A stretch of 40,000 nt of DNA from an uncultured Desulfobacterales bacterium (GTDB taxonomy: Bacteria > Desulfobacterota > Desulfobacteria > Desulfobacterales > 4572-123): assembly GCA_942490765.1 (NCBI GenBank), contig CALNYM010000011.1, forward strand, positions 36,829 to 76,828, read 5' to 3'. The notes under the pieces were generated by a model, which saw only the letters and a program-made list of their open reading frames with translations, had not been told where the DNA came from and did no database searches. A program made the position numbers and the translations under genes. Shown one piece after another: positions 1 through 8,445 of this stretch; position 1 is the first letter of the stretch; every line of letters starts with the position of its first letter.

Positions 1-521
1 ATGATGGGTTTGTCCGTATGCTTGATGGTTTCGTAAAGCATGTACAACGCCCGCTCGGTGTCCGCCACATCATCCGGCGCCACGGGGGTGGCGCCGGTGA
101 GTTTTACAATGTCGCTGGCCTGGGAGAGTTTCTGGAAATTGGCGAAGTCTTCGAGAAGTCCCCGGCGTTTTCCGTTGTCCATATCTTCACAGAACACGCA
201 TCCCACATTGGGGTGGGGGGCAAAACCATCGCCAATGGTTACCGATTGTGCGTCATTTCTTGCCACGTGGCGAAATGTCGTTGGGGCCTGTTCCATGGCG
301 GTTTCCGCCATGGGGCCTGGAATGAATACGGTTTTTCCGTCCACCCTGGCCCCATGGCGTTTAAAAATTTCCAGGGCCGTTTCATGTTCGAAGATAACGC
401 CGCACTGTTCCAAAATTTTGATACTGGCGTCGTGTATCCTGGGCAGGTCGGCACTTTTCACTATTTTGACCCGAGGCAGTTTTCTTGTTGCGGAATTACA
501 GAAAGTATTGGGTGTCATCAT
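1..521 (-). CDS. MttB-superfamily (trimethylamine methyltransferase family) protein, N-terminal 173 codons only; the gene continues beyond the window start
   Basis: Absent from the ORF track because it runs off the edge. Hand translation from ATG 521..519 (AGGAG 7 nt upstream) gives MMTPNTFCNSATRKLPRVKIVKSADLPRIHDASIKILEQCGVIFEHETALEIFKRHGARVDGKTVFIPGPMAETAMEQAPTTFRHVARND... The frame is open to position 1 and colinear with the N-termini of the two complete MttB genes here (e.g. EIHLGSLEILKCTGVFVESEEARQIFGAAGASV...LVEASIRTAPATF). Confidence 0.7.
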   Translation of the reverse strand, partial: MMTPNTFCNSATRKLPRVKIVKSADLPRIHDASIKILEQCGVIFEHETALEIFKRHGARVDGKTVFIPGPMAETAMEQAPTTFRHVARNDAQSVTIGDGFAPHPNVGCVFCEDMDNGKRRGLLEDFANFQKLSQASDIVKLTGATPVAPDDVADTERALYMLYETIKHTDKPI

Positions 522-536
522 ACATCATCTCCTAAG

Positions 537-1055
537 TTACCCTCTTGCCAGGGCCAGCAGGTTAGCACCCAGTTGGTGGCGTTTTTCAGCCGGACTGCCG
601 TTTTCGATGCGCTGTTTCATCTGCAGCCCGTTGAGTTTGCGCATCTGCTTGTCTCCCTCGACAAAGACGATGGCCCCGGGTTCGCATTCCTTGACGCAGG
701 CCGGGTCTCCGCCGCAATAATCACATTTGAAGGCGATATGGTCGCTGCTCATCTGGATCATGCCGTAGGTACAGGCGTTCACGCAGTCGCCGCAGCCGTT
801 GCATTTTTCGGCATTGACCAGCACAACCCCGTCGGCATCTTTGGTGATAGCCCCCTCCGGGCAGGCCTTCATGCAGTCGGGCTTCGGGCAATGAAAGCAG
901 ATGCTGGGTACCGAATATCCCCTGAGGGGGAAATTGTTGATATGAATTCTGGCTTTGGTGGGCTGGAACAGGCCTTGTTTGACGGCGGAGCAGACATAGA
1001 CGCAGCGATTGCATCCGGTGCAGAGTTCGGGATTGGCAAATATATGTTTTTCCAT
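537..1055 (-). CDS. Poly-[4Fe-4S] ferredoxin-type electron-transfer protein, likely partner of the upstream AOR
   Basis: 172-aa ORF with four Cys-cluster motifs (CTGCNRCVYVC, CFHCPKPDCMKACP, CNGCGDCVNAC, CDYCGGDPACVKEC). It starts 24 nt after the AOR stop. Confidence 0.85.
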   Translation of the reverse strand: MEKHIFANPELCTGCNRCVYVCSAVKQGLFQPTKARIHINNFPLRGYSVPSICFHCPKPDCMKACPEGAITKDADGVVLVNAEKCNGCGDCVNACTYGMIQMSSDHIAFKCDYCGGDPACVKECEPGAIVFVEGDKQMRKLNGLQMKQRIENGSPAEKRHQLGANLLALARG

Positions 1056-1078
1056 GAGTTGTATTCCTCCTGGGGCTT

Positions 1079-2842
1079 TTAGAATTGGTCAAGACCTAGC
1101 TGGGCCAGTTTTTCCGGGGTGGGAACGCCATTTTCATCCCATCCGCGCTTTTTGTAGTACAAGGCCAGGCAGTGGTTGAAATCTTCCGGTGCAAACACCC
1201 GTCCGGCGTGTTCGCCCTTTTGGAGCTGCTGTGTCATCTGCTTGATCGGCAGATAATCGTCCGCACGGGTGAGACCGGCCCTGAGGTTGAACAGGCGCAG
1301 AATATTCCAGATCTTCTCCCCGGCATGTTCAAGTTCCTTTGCCGTGACCGTTTCCCCCGTGGCCACGGAGAGAATGTCGGCAATGATGGGCGCTGTGATC
1401 GAGCCCCAGAAATCGCAAAAGCCCATGGACCATTTGATGGTCGCAAAGTTCTGGCCGTCAACCACATCCTGGGCCATGGCCTCCAGGTCAAAGGGGGTTT
1501 CGCTGAACATGGGAAAGGCGCGCATGTGGCAGCCCCCGCGTTCGCTGGTGGCATACGCCAGCCCCATGCCGTAATTGGAGCGGGGGTCATAGGCCGGGAA
1601 TTCAAGGCCCTTGGCTTCGGAGGTCAAATCCTGGCTGTCATACTTGGCAGCCAGCTTTTTGGCCCCCAGGGCCAGGTCTTTGCCGCGATGGGTGGAAAGG
1701 GTGGCGATTTCCGTGACCGCCTTGAGGTATTCGACGGGTTCACCGAATTTCAGATTGAAGTCGTGGCGGCCTTTTTCGGTCATGTCCATGGCCAGGCCGA
1801 TGATGTTGCCGCAGCTGATGGTATCCAGACCCAGATCGTCGCACAGGCGATTGAAGCGGATGACCTGCTCCAGGTCGTTGATTTCGCAGTTGCTGCCCGC
1901 CAGGCAGAGGGTTTCGTATTCCGGCCCCTCCATCTCGGCACCATTGATGTGGGTGAATTTGCCGCAGGCCAGGGGGCAGGTGGAACAGGCCCGGTTCCCC
2001 AGTTTGGCGGCCTTGATGGCATCGGTGTTGAGCCCCTCCTTGGCGTCGTTGACGCCATAGCTGAAATTACGGGTGGGATGGCCCCCCATGTCACTGATGA
2101 CATCCACCAGCATCGCAGTGCCGTCGGTTTTGGCCCACAGGTTCGCCTCGGTCAACAGGTCGGCTTTTTTGTGTTTGTTGACCGTCTCGATGAAGGCGGG
2201 CACGTCCGCCACTTTGATACCGCCGGTACCGCGCACCACAATGGCTTTTAACTTCTTGCTGCCCAGGATGGCGCCGCCGCCGCCGCGGCCCATCTGGCGG
2301 TAGGCCTCGGTGCCGATGCAGGCATGGGATACCATATTCTCACCGGCGGGCCCGATGGCCAGCACCTTGGCTTCGGGGGTTCCCACAGCCGCCTGCAGTC
2401 GTTCTTCGGTTTCGAAAATGCCCTTACCGGCCAGGAATTGGGCACTCTCCAGACTCACCTGGTCATCCATGATCTTAAGATAGGTGGGCTTTTTGGCTGC
2501 GCCTTTGATGATGATGCCGTCATAGCCGGCAAATTTGAGTTCAGGCCCGAAGGCGCCGCCGGTATTGGAAGAAAAAATAGTGCCGCTATGGGGCGACTTG
2601 GACACCAGGTTGAACCGGGCGGTCATGGGGGCTGAAGTGCCGCCCAAGGGTCCGGTCATGATGATCACCGGATTTTCAGGGGAAAGGGGATCGACTTGGG
2701 GATCAACCAGATCCCAGTAGTAACGGACCGCCAGCCCCCAGCAACCCCAATACGCCTTGATCCAGTCTTTCCGCAGCGGCTCTTCTGAAATTTGCCCGGT
2801 GCTGAGATCAACAACGAGTAATTTACCTGCATAAAGATTCAT
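1079..2842 (-). CDS. aor: Tungsten/molybdopterin aldehyde:ferredoxin oxidoreductase (AOR family)
   Basis: Track ORF 1079..2854. AOR hallmarks include the N-terminus MNLYAGKLLVVDLSTG, GPEYETL, and the [4Fe-4S] motif CSTCPLACGK. I prefer ATG 2842 (GGAGG 4 nt upstream) over ATG 2854, which has no SD. Confidence 0.9.
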   Translation of the reverse strand: MNLYAGKLLVVDLSTGQISEEPLRKDWIKAYWGCWGLAVRYYWDLVDPQVDPLSPENPVIIMTGPLGGTSAPMTARFNLVSKSPHSGTIFSSNTGGAFGPELKFAGYDGIIIKGAAKKPTYLKIMDDQVSLESAQFLAGKGIFETEERLQAAVGTPEAKVLAIGPAGENMVSHACIGTEAYRQMGRGGGGAILGSKKLKAIVVRGTGGIKVADVPAFIETVNKHKKADLLTEANLWAKTDGTAMLVDVISDMGGHPTRNFSYGVNDAKEGLNTDAIKAAKLGNRACSTCPLACGKFTHINGAEMEGPEYETLCLAGSNCEINDLEQVIRFNRLCDDLGLDTISCGNIIGLAMDMTEKGRHDFNLKFGEPVEYLKAVTEIATLSTHRGKDLALGAKKLAAKYDSQDLTSEAKGLEFPAYDPRSNYGMGLAYATSERGGCHMRAFPMFSETPFDLEAMAQDVVDGQNFATIKWSMGFCDFWGSITAPIIADILSVATGETVTAKELEHAGEKIWNILRLFNLRAGLTRADDYLPIKQMTQQLQKGEHAGRVFAPEDFNHCLALYYKKRGWDENGVPTPEKLAQLGLDQF

Positions 2843-2916
2843 ATTCCCTCCCATTATCCATATTTGTTAATGAAAACTATCCACAGGCCCCTGGGGGCCG
2901 GTAAAACCAAAAGTTC

Positions 2917-2985
2917 AGGTTGATAAATAGGTTGATAGGTAGAAGGTTGTTAGACACAAAACCTTCTACCTTCAGCCTTCAACCT
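2917..2985. promoter_or_regulatory. Repeat array and hairpin in the intergenic region upstream of aor
   Basis: Direct copies of AGGTTGATA at 2917..2925 and 2929..2937, AGGTTGTTA at 2944..2952, and an inverted AGGTTGAAG copy at 2977..2985. An 11-bp perfect stem GGTAGAAGGTT/AACCTTCTACC lies at 2938..2948 / 2960..2970. The function is not established. Confidence 0.3.
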
Positions 2986-3054
2986 GTATAAACTTAGCCA
3001 TCTGAAAGAACGTTTACGAGAGCATCACCCCTGACATGGATGAATACCGTCAGA

Positions 3055-3969
3055 TTATTCGGCGACCAGTGTTTCCGGAAATCCCGGTGCCCGCAAAGGC
3101 TGCCGGCAGGCATCTTCCAGCATTTTAACCACTTTGGGCGACCACGCATCACCGCCGAACAAATTGCGGGCCCTTTCAAAAATCTGGCGCGTCATACCGC
3201 CCAGTTCCAGGGGAACATTGAGTTTTTCCGCGATTTTACCTGCAAATCGCAGGTCCTTGCAGGCCAGGTCCATGGTGAAATTTACGTTATAGCTGCCGCT
3301 GAGAATAAGTTGAGATTCGGTTTCATGGACAAAACTGTTACCCGAACTGGCCCGAATCGCTTTGTATGCAGCCCCCAGGTCCACCCCCTGTCTGGCTGCC
3401 AGCATCATGCCTTCCCCGGCGGCCACCAGATGAATAAACGCCAGCATGTTGGTGACCACTTTGACAACGCTGGCATTGCCGACGACACCCAGGTGGATCA
3501 CCTCTTTGCCCATTACTTCGAGGATGGGTTTAAACCGTTCATACACAGTGATGTCACCGCCGACGAGCACGGTGATGTCGCCGGTATGGGCCAGGTGCAC
3601 GCCGCCTGTCACCGGACATTCAAGCACGTCTAAGCCTTTCTCCCGGGCAATTTGTGCCAGACGCTGGATATCTTCAAAATCGGTGGTGCTCATTTCGATC
3701 CAGCAGCTGCCCTGCATCAGGTGGTCAAAAACACCCCCCGCACGCTCCACCACGGCCCGGGAAGCCTCGGGTGAGGGCAATGCCGTTATCACCACCGCTG
3801 CTGCATGGCATACCCCGGCGATATCATCAGACCATCTGGCGCCGGCTTCGATCAGACCGACACCGACTTCAGGGTGAAGGTCGCTGACGGTCACATCGTG
3901 GCCGGCCCTGACCAGGTTCAAGGCCAGGGGATACCCCAGATTGCCCAATCCGATAAATCCGATTTTCAT
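3055..3969 (-). CDS. NAD(P)-dependent beta-hydroxyacid dehydrogenase (3-hydroxyisobutyrate dehydrogenase / 6-PGDH-like family)
   Basis: 304-aa ORF with the N-terminal Rossmann fold MKIGFIGLGNLGYPLALNLVRAGHDVTV. The overall layout is typical of the HIBADH family. Confidence 0.85.
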   Translation of the reverse strand: MKIGFIGLGNLGYPLALNLVRAGHDVTVSDLHPEVGVGLIEAGARWSDDIAGVCHAAAVVITALPSPEASRAVVERAGGVFDHLMQGSCWIEMSTTDFEDIQRLAQIAREKGLDVLECPVTGGVHLAHTGDITVLVGGDITVYERFKPILEVMGKEVIHLGVVGNASVVKVVTNMLAFIHLVAAGEGMMLAARQGVDLGAAYKAIRASSGNSFVHETESQLILSGSYNVNFTMDLACKDLRFAGKIAEKLNVPLELGGMTRQIFERARNLFGGDAWSPKVVKMLEDACRQPLRAPGFPETLVAE

Positions 3970-4276
3970 ATTTTCTCCTTTTTATTATTGTTCCAGTGGT
4001 CATAATCTAACCCCAACTCCGCTAAAAGCATGAATACTACTGTCTTTAAGGGGATTCAAGAAAAAATCGATCAAAATTTTATAAACATTCGTATTTCTCA
4101 AATCATATTTTTTTTAAATATCTGTACGGGATAAAACAATTACCGTCAGGCCACCGGACTTGATACCCACAGATATCCTTCAAGGCTCGTTAAAGGTTGA
4201 CGTTTCCGGGTAACCATGATAGTCTATATGGACTATAATTTGGAAAATTGCCGTATATCCATATGGTAAAATTTGT

Positions 4277-4313
4277 GTATGCCTTGATTTTGAACGAAAA
4301 CCGTTTTTTCTGG
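4277..4313 (+). repeat. Copy A of a 37-nt conserved intergenic element (second copy at 36507..36543)
   Basis: GTATGCCTTGATTTTGAACGAAAACCGTTTTTTCTGG versus GTATGCCTTGACTTTGAACAAAAGGTCTCGTTTCTGG: 28/37 identical ungapped, 18/19 in the first 19 nt. Both copies are preceded by TATGGTA. Copy A lies 26 nt upstream of the usp start codon. Confidence 0.4.
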
Positions 4314-4338
4314 ATAGACGCAAGTTAAGGGGACAGAT

Positions 4339-4734
4339 ATGAAATTTATGGTATGTTATGACGGTTCGAAGAGAGCGAAAAAGGCCCTTGAGCTTGCCAG
4401 GGAGCACGCAAAAGTCTGGGGTGCTTCATTAGAGGTGGTCAGCTCGATTGAGCGGGAACTGTCGCTGAAACGGTCGTTTATTGAAAAAAAAGAACAGGAT
4501 TTGGAAAATGAGGTCAAAGCGGTTTTAAGCGGAAGCGGCATTTCCTATGAAATTGATCTGCTCATCGATACGCTGAGTCCGGAAGAACAAATGGTTCGGT
4601 TTGCTGAAAAAGAAGCGATCGATCAGATATTTATCGGGATCGAAAAACAATCCAAGGTTGGAAAACTGGTTTTCGGGTCCATCGCCCAGTATATGTTATT
4701 AAGAGCCCCGTGTCCGGTGGTCACGGTAAAATAA
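4339..4734 (+). CDS. Universal stress protein (UspA family)
   Basis: 131-aa ORF, MKFMVCYDGSKRAKKALELA...GSIAQYMLLRAPCPVVTVK, with typical Usp N- and C-terminal motifs. An AAGGGGA sequence lies upstream of the ATG. Confidence 0.8.
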   Translation: MKFMVCYDGSKRAKKALELAREHAKVWGASLEVVSSIERELSLKRSFIEKKEQDLENEVKAVLSGSGISYEIDLLIDTLSPEEQMVRFAEKEAIDQIFIGIEKQSKVGKLVFGSIAQYMLLRAPCPVVTVK

Positions 4735-4781
4735 TGCGGTGGCAATCCACCGCTCCATTGCCCACAGAATTCTCACAGATT

Positions 4782-4932
4782 GATCCTCTCGTAAAACGTC
4801 GGATTTAGACGGCCTCGTAAAAAGTTCAAAGTCAAGGCGTGCAAATTTTACAATCATGAGGTGTACCTATAGTACGTTGAATGATTGTGAAATGCAGCGC
4901 AACGCAGGATTTGGGCTTTTTACGAGATCGTC
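4782..4932. repeat. Long imperfect palindrome, a MITE/REP-like element
   Basis: Inverted repeats GACGGCCTCGTAAAAAG (4808..4824) and CTTTTTACGAGATCGTC (4916..4932) match 15/17, with an 11-bp perfect core. An inner IR ACAATCAT/ATGATTGT lies at 4849..4856 / 4881..4888. There is an extra CTCGTAAAA copy at 4788..4796. The element is flanked by the direct repeat TCACAGATT at 4773..4781 and 4931..4939. Confidence 0.5.
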
Positions 4933-4937
4933 ACAGA

Positions 4938-6602
4938 TTAAACCACTGACGCCTCTTTTATCTCCTTGAGTCCAATGCCTCTTTCTTTTCTCATTTTCAA
5001 TACATTATCAAGCCAATCCGGATCCATTTCAGGAACCGAAGAGAGCAACAGTTCCGTGTATTCATGGTATGGCGGATCAAGGACTTTCTTTTTGATGCCC
5101 TGTTCGACAATTCTGCCCTGCAGCATGACCACGATCTCATCGGATATGGCCTTTACCGTTGCCAGGTCGTGGGTAATAAAGAGATAGGACACCTGTAATT
5201 CGTTTTGCAGATCCTGCAGCAATTTCAGAATCCCTTCGGCCACCAACTGGTCCAGGGCCGACGTTACTTCATCACAGATAATCAGATCCGGTTTTGCCGC
5301 CAGGGCCCGGGCGATACAGATCCGCTGCTTTTCACCCCCTGACATTTCACCGGGGAAGCGATCGATATATTTTTTAGGCTTCAGTTCAATCATTTCCAGA
5401 AGTTCTCGGATTCTGTCTTCCTTTTCCTTGCCATGAAGATTAAAATAAAATGTAAGGGGACGTCCGATGACATCCCTCACTTTTTGCCGGGGGTTAAGGG
5501 CCGTGTCCGGCATTTGATAAATCATCTGCATGATCCTCAGTGTTTCCCGGGCCCGCGCCTTTAAGGCCGGGGGCAACACTTTGCCGCCGTACGTAATTTC
5601 CCCCTCAAGGGGCGGCAGCAGACCGGTGATGACCCGCGCCAGGGTGCTTTTACCGCTGCCCGATTCACCCACCAATGCCACGGTCCTGGCGCGTCTGACG
5701 ACAAGGTTGATGTCTTCAAGCACCTTTTCACTGGCCTTGCCCGTGTAGCTGGCCGATATATTGTCAACTTTCAGAACAATATCGTGTTCAGTGGCGGAAA
5801 GATCCCTCTCTTCCCTGAGAGACCGGACTGACAGCAGGGCCCGGGTATAGTCCTCTTTGGGATTGGCCATCAATTCCCTGGCATTATTTTCTTCGATGAG
5901 ATCACCGTATCTGAGGACCATGATGCGATCGGCCAATTGAGCCACTACGGCCAGGTCGTGGGTGATGTAAATCGCTGCCGTTTTAAATTCCCGGGTTATT
6001 TTCTTGATGGCGGCCAGGACCTCGATCTGCGTTGTCACGTCCAATGCGGTTGTGGGCTCATCAAAAATGATGAGGTCCGGTGTGCAGGCCATGGCCATGG
6101 CCACCATGGCCCGCTGGAGCTGCCCTCCCGAAACCTGATGGGGATAGCGGTAACCGATCCCTTCAGGATCCGGCAGCAGAAGGCGCCGATATATGTCCAC
6201 GGCTTTTTCTTCCGCTTTTTGGAAATTCATCAGGCCGTGCTGAATCGGCGCTTCCGCATATTGTTTGATGAGCCGGTGCGCCGGATTAAACGAGGCGGCT
6301 GCGCTTTGTGCGACATAGGAGATACGAACGCCTCTGATTTTTTTTAACTCATTTCTCGGTGCGCCCACCAGTTCCATGCCGTCAAAGACAATTGATCCGG
6401 AGGAGATACGACAGCCCCCCCGGGTGTAGGCCATGGAGGCGAGCCCGAAGGTGGATTTCCCCGCCCCGGATTCTCCTATCAGACCGAGAACTTCACCTCT
6501 GTCCAGCGTGAGGTCAAGGCTCTTTATGATCGGCATCCATTTCTCTTCATCTGAACTGTAACCGTCTATCACTATTTTTTTCATTTCAAGCAGATGGGTC
6601 AT
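4938..6602 (-). CDS. ABC transporter ATP-binding protein with two fused nucleotide-binding domains (Dpp/Opp D-F type)
   Basis: 554 aa. It has two Walker A motifs (GESGAGKST, GESGSGKST) and two ABC signatures (VSGGQLQR, MSGGEKQR). Confidence 0.9.
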   Translation of the reverse strand: MTHLLEMKKIVIDGYSSDEEKWMPIIKSLDLTLDRGEVLGLIGESGAGKSTFGLASMAYTRGGCRISSGSIVFDGMELVGAPRNELKKIRGVRISYVAQSAAASFNPAHRLIKQYAEAPIQHGLMNFQKAEEKAVDIYRRLLLPDPEGIGYRYPHQVSGGQLQRAMVAMAMACTPDLIIFDEPTTALDVTTQIEVLAAIKKITREFKTAAIYITHDLAVVAQLADRIMVLRYGDLIEENNARELMANPKEDYTRALLSVRSLREERDLSATEHDIVLKVDNISASYTGKASEKVLEDINLVVRRARTVALVGESGSGKSTLARVITGLLPPLEGEITYGGKVLPPALKARARETLRIMQMIYQMPDTALNPRQKVRDVIGRPLTFYFNLHGKEKEDRIRELLEMIELKPKKYIDRFPGEMSGGEKQRICIARALAAKPDLIICDEVTSALDQLVAEGILKLLQDLQNELQVSYLFITHDLATVKAISDEIVVMLQGRIVEQGIKKKVLDPPYHEYTELLLSSVPEMDPDWLDNVLKMRKERGIGLKEIKEASVV

Positions 6603-6631
6603 CGTTAAGTTACCTCACAGAAGCATTGCTG

Positions 6632-7456
6632 TTAATCTTTCAATCCGCTGGCGATCTTTAAAAACCAGTCGACAATCAGATTGACACCCACCGTCAAAAA
6701 TGCAATGGCGCCGGCGGGCCATAACGGTGTCAGAATGCCGAAGGTAATGGCCCCGGCATTCTCCCGAACCATGCCGCCCCAATCCGCTGTGGGCGGCTGG
6801 ATGCCAAGCCCCAGAAAACTGAGGGCCGCGATGAATAAAAATACGAAACAGAACCGCAGGCCGAATTCCGCAACCAGCGGCGGCATGGCATTGGGCAGAA
6901 TTTCTTTACGCATGACCCAGAAGATGCCCTCCCCACGAAGCCTCGCCGCTTCAACGAACTCCATGACATTAATATCCATGGCAACGGCCCTTGAGAGGCG
7001 AAAAACCCGGGTGGAATCAAGCACCGCGATGACCAATATTAATGCGGGCACGGATGTCCCCACCACCGACAGGGCCATCAAGGCAAAAATAAGCGTTGGA
7101 AACGCCATCAGGATGTCGACAATACGGCTGATGATCAATTCGGGCCAGCCCCCGATGACCGCCGCGAAAAAGCCTATCAGCGCACCGAAAAAAAACGAAA
7201 GCAGTGTGGTGACAAATGCGATGACGATGGTGTTTCGGGCACCATACAACAACCGTGTGAACATATCACGCCCCAGGTGGTCCGTACCGAGCAGGTGGTC
7301 CGAACTCGAAGGAAGCCAGACGTCCCCCACCATTTCCGTTTCCGAATAGGGGGCGATCACCGGAACAAAAATAGCTGCAAAGATATTGATCAGTATCATT
7401 GCAAGACCAATGCGGGCGCTCAGGGGCGATTGTCTCAGCAATTTTAAAAAACCCAT
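6632..7456 (-). CDS. ABC transporter permease (DppC/OppC type)
   Basis: 274-aa polytopic membrane protein. It belongs to the BPD-transport family and sits in an operon with the other ABC components. Confidence 0.85.
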   Translation of the reverse strand: MGFLKLLRQSPLSARIGLAMILINIFAAIFVPVIAPYSETEMVGDVWLPSSSDHLLGTDHLGRDMFTRLLYGARNTIVIAFVTTLLSFFFGALIGFFAAVIGGWPELIISRIVDILMAFPTLIFALMALSVVGTSVPALILVIAVLDSTRVFRLSRAVAMDINVMEFVEAARLRGEGIFWVMRKEILPNAMPPLVAEFGLRFCFVFLFIAALSFLGLGIQPPTADWGGMVRENAGAITFGILTPLWPAGAIAFLTVGVNLIVDWFLKIASGLKD

Positions 7457-7469
7457 CGAAGCCTTCTCC

Positions 7470-8432
7470 TTATTTTGATCTTGGATGCAGCAACCTGGGG
7501 TTGCTGAGAATTGACAGTATGTCAGCCAGAAGATTCAGTGAAATATAAACGACGGCAAAAATAAGGCCGCTGGCCTGAACAACGGGGATGTCCCGCTTGG
7601 CTACCGAGTCCACCAGAAGCTGGCCCAGCCCCGGATAAACAAATACCACCTCAACAATCACGACACCCACCACCAGATAGGCCAGATTAAGGGCAACGAC
7701 GTTAATGACCGGTGAAAGGGCGTTTGGAAATGCGTGCACAACAATAACCCGCATCCGTTTCAGCCCCTTTAATCTGGCCATCTCCACATAGGAACTGGCA
7801 AGGACATTGATGACGGCCGCACGGGTCTGGCGCATCATGTGGGCGGTAACAATAAATGTAAGGGTCAGGCTGGGAAGAATAATGGCGTCGATTTTCTGCC
7901 AGAACGACATCTGCTCGTTGATATTGGAAATACTGGGGAAAATAACCAGTTTCACAGACAGCAGCGCAATGAGGATATAGGCGACGAAGAATTCGGGAAA
8001 AGAGATCGCGCTGAGGGTGGCTGTGGAAATCGCTTTATCAAACAGGGTGTCGCGATAAAGCGCGGCCAGGAGCCCGAGAATGATGGCAATGGGTATGGAT
8101 ATCACCGCCGCCGAGCTGGCTAGAAATATGGTGTTCTCAAATCGCCAGCCGATCAACTCCGTAATCGGCCGGCCGTTGGCAAGGGAATTTCCTAAATCTC
8201 CCCTGGCAAAACTGCCCAGCCAGCTGAAATAGCGGACATGGGGAGGAAGGTCTAATTTGAGCTCTTTTCTAAACGCCGCAACGGTTTCAGGTGTTGCCTC
8301 CTGCCCCAGGATCGCTTCTGCCAGATCCCCGGGAAGCGCCTCCACGCCGACAAAAATGAGAACAGAGATGACGATGATCGTCATTAGCCCCAGGGCCATT
8401 CGCTTTGCCACCATTATGATGATGTCTTTCAT
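7470..8432 (-). CDS. ABC transporter permease (DppB/OppB type)
   Basis: Track ORF 7470..8540. I prefer the start at ATG 8432 (MKDIIIMVAKRMALGL...), because the upstream 36 codons overlap the end of the preceding gene and look non-native. Confidence 0.85.
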   Translation of the reverse strand: MKDIIIMVAKRMALGLMTIIVISVLIFVGVEALPGDLAEAILGQEATPETVAAFRKELKLDLPPHVRYFSWLGSFARGDLGNSLANGRPITELIGWRFENTIFLASSAAVISIPIAIILGLLAALYRDTLFDKAISTATLSAISFPEFFVAYILIALLSVKLVIFPSISNINEQMSFWQKIDAIILPSLTLTFIVTAHMMRQTRAAVINVLASSYVEMARLKGLKRMRVIVVHAFPNALSPVINVVALNLAYLVVGVVIVEVVFVYPGLGQLLVDSVAKRDIPVVQASGLIFAVVYISLNLLADILSILSNPRLLHPRSK

Positions 8433-8445
8433 TTTTTCACCGTTT

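Noticed and set aside
18-1082. 354-aa plus-strand ORF, the longest ORF at the left edge
   Set aside because: It lies entirely antisense to the ferredoxin gene and the MttB-family gene, both of which have clear family features and RBSs. Its sequence is low-complexity (Gly/Ala/His-rich) and resembles no family, so it is a shadow ORF.
1172-2251. 359-aa plus-strand ORF inside the aor locus
   Set aside because: It is antisense to a full-length AOR with conserved motifs and is a typical shadow ORF. The same reasoning applies to 12415..13311, 13330..13869, 17598..18266, 18878..19522, 21746..22198 and 23344..24687, and to the minus-strand ORFs 26376..27056 and 26900..27511 inside mtbB.
2855-2935. 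Sigma-54 promoter (TGGCAC-N5-TTGC) upstream of aor and near the 37-nt elements
   Set aside because: The candidate GG/GC dinucleotides are at the wrong spacing (8-9 or 14 nt between them instead of 10).
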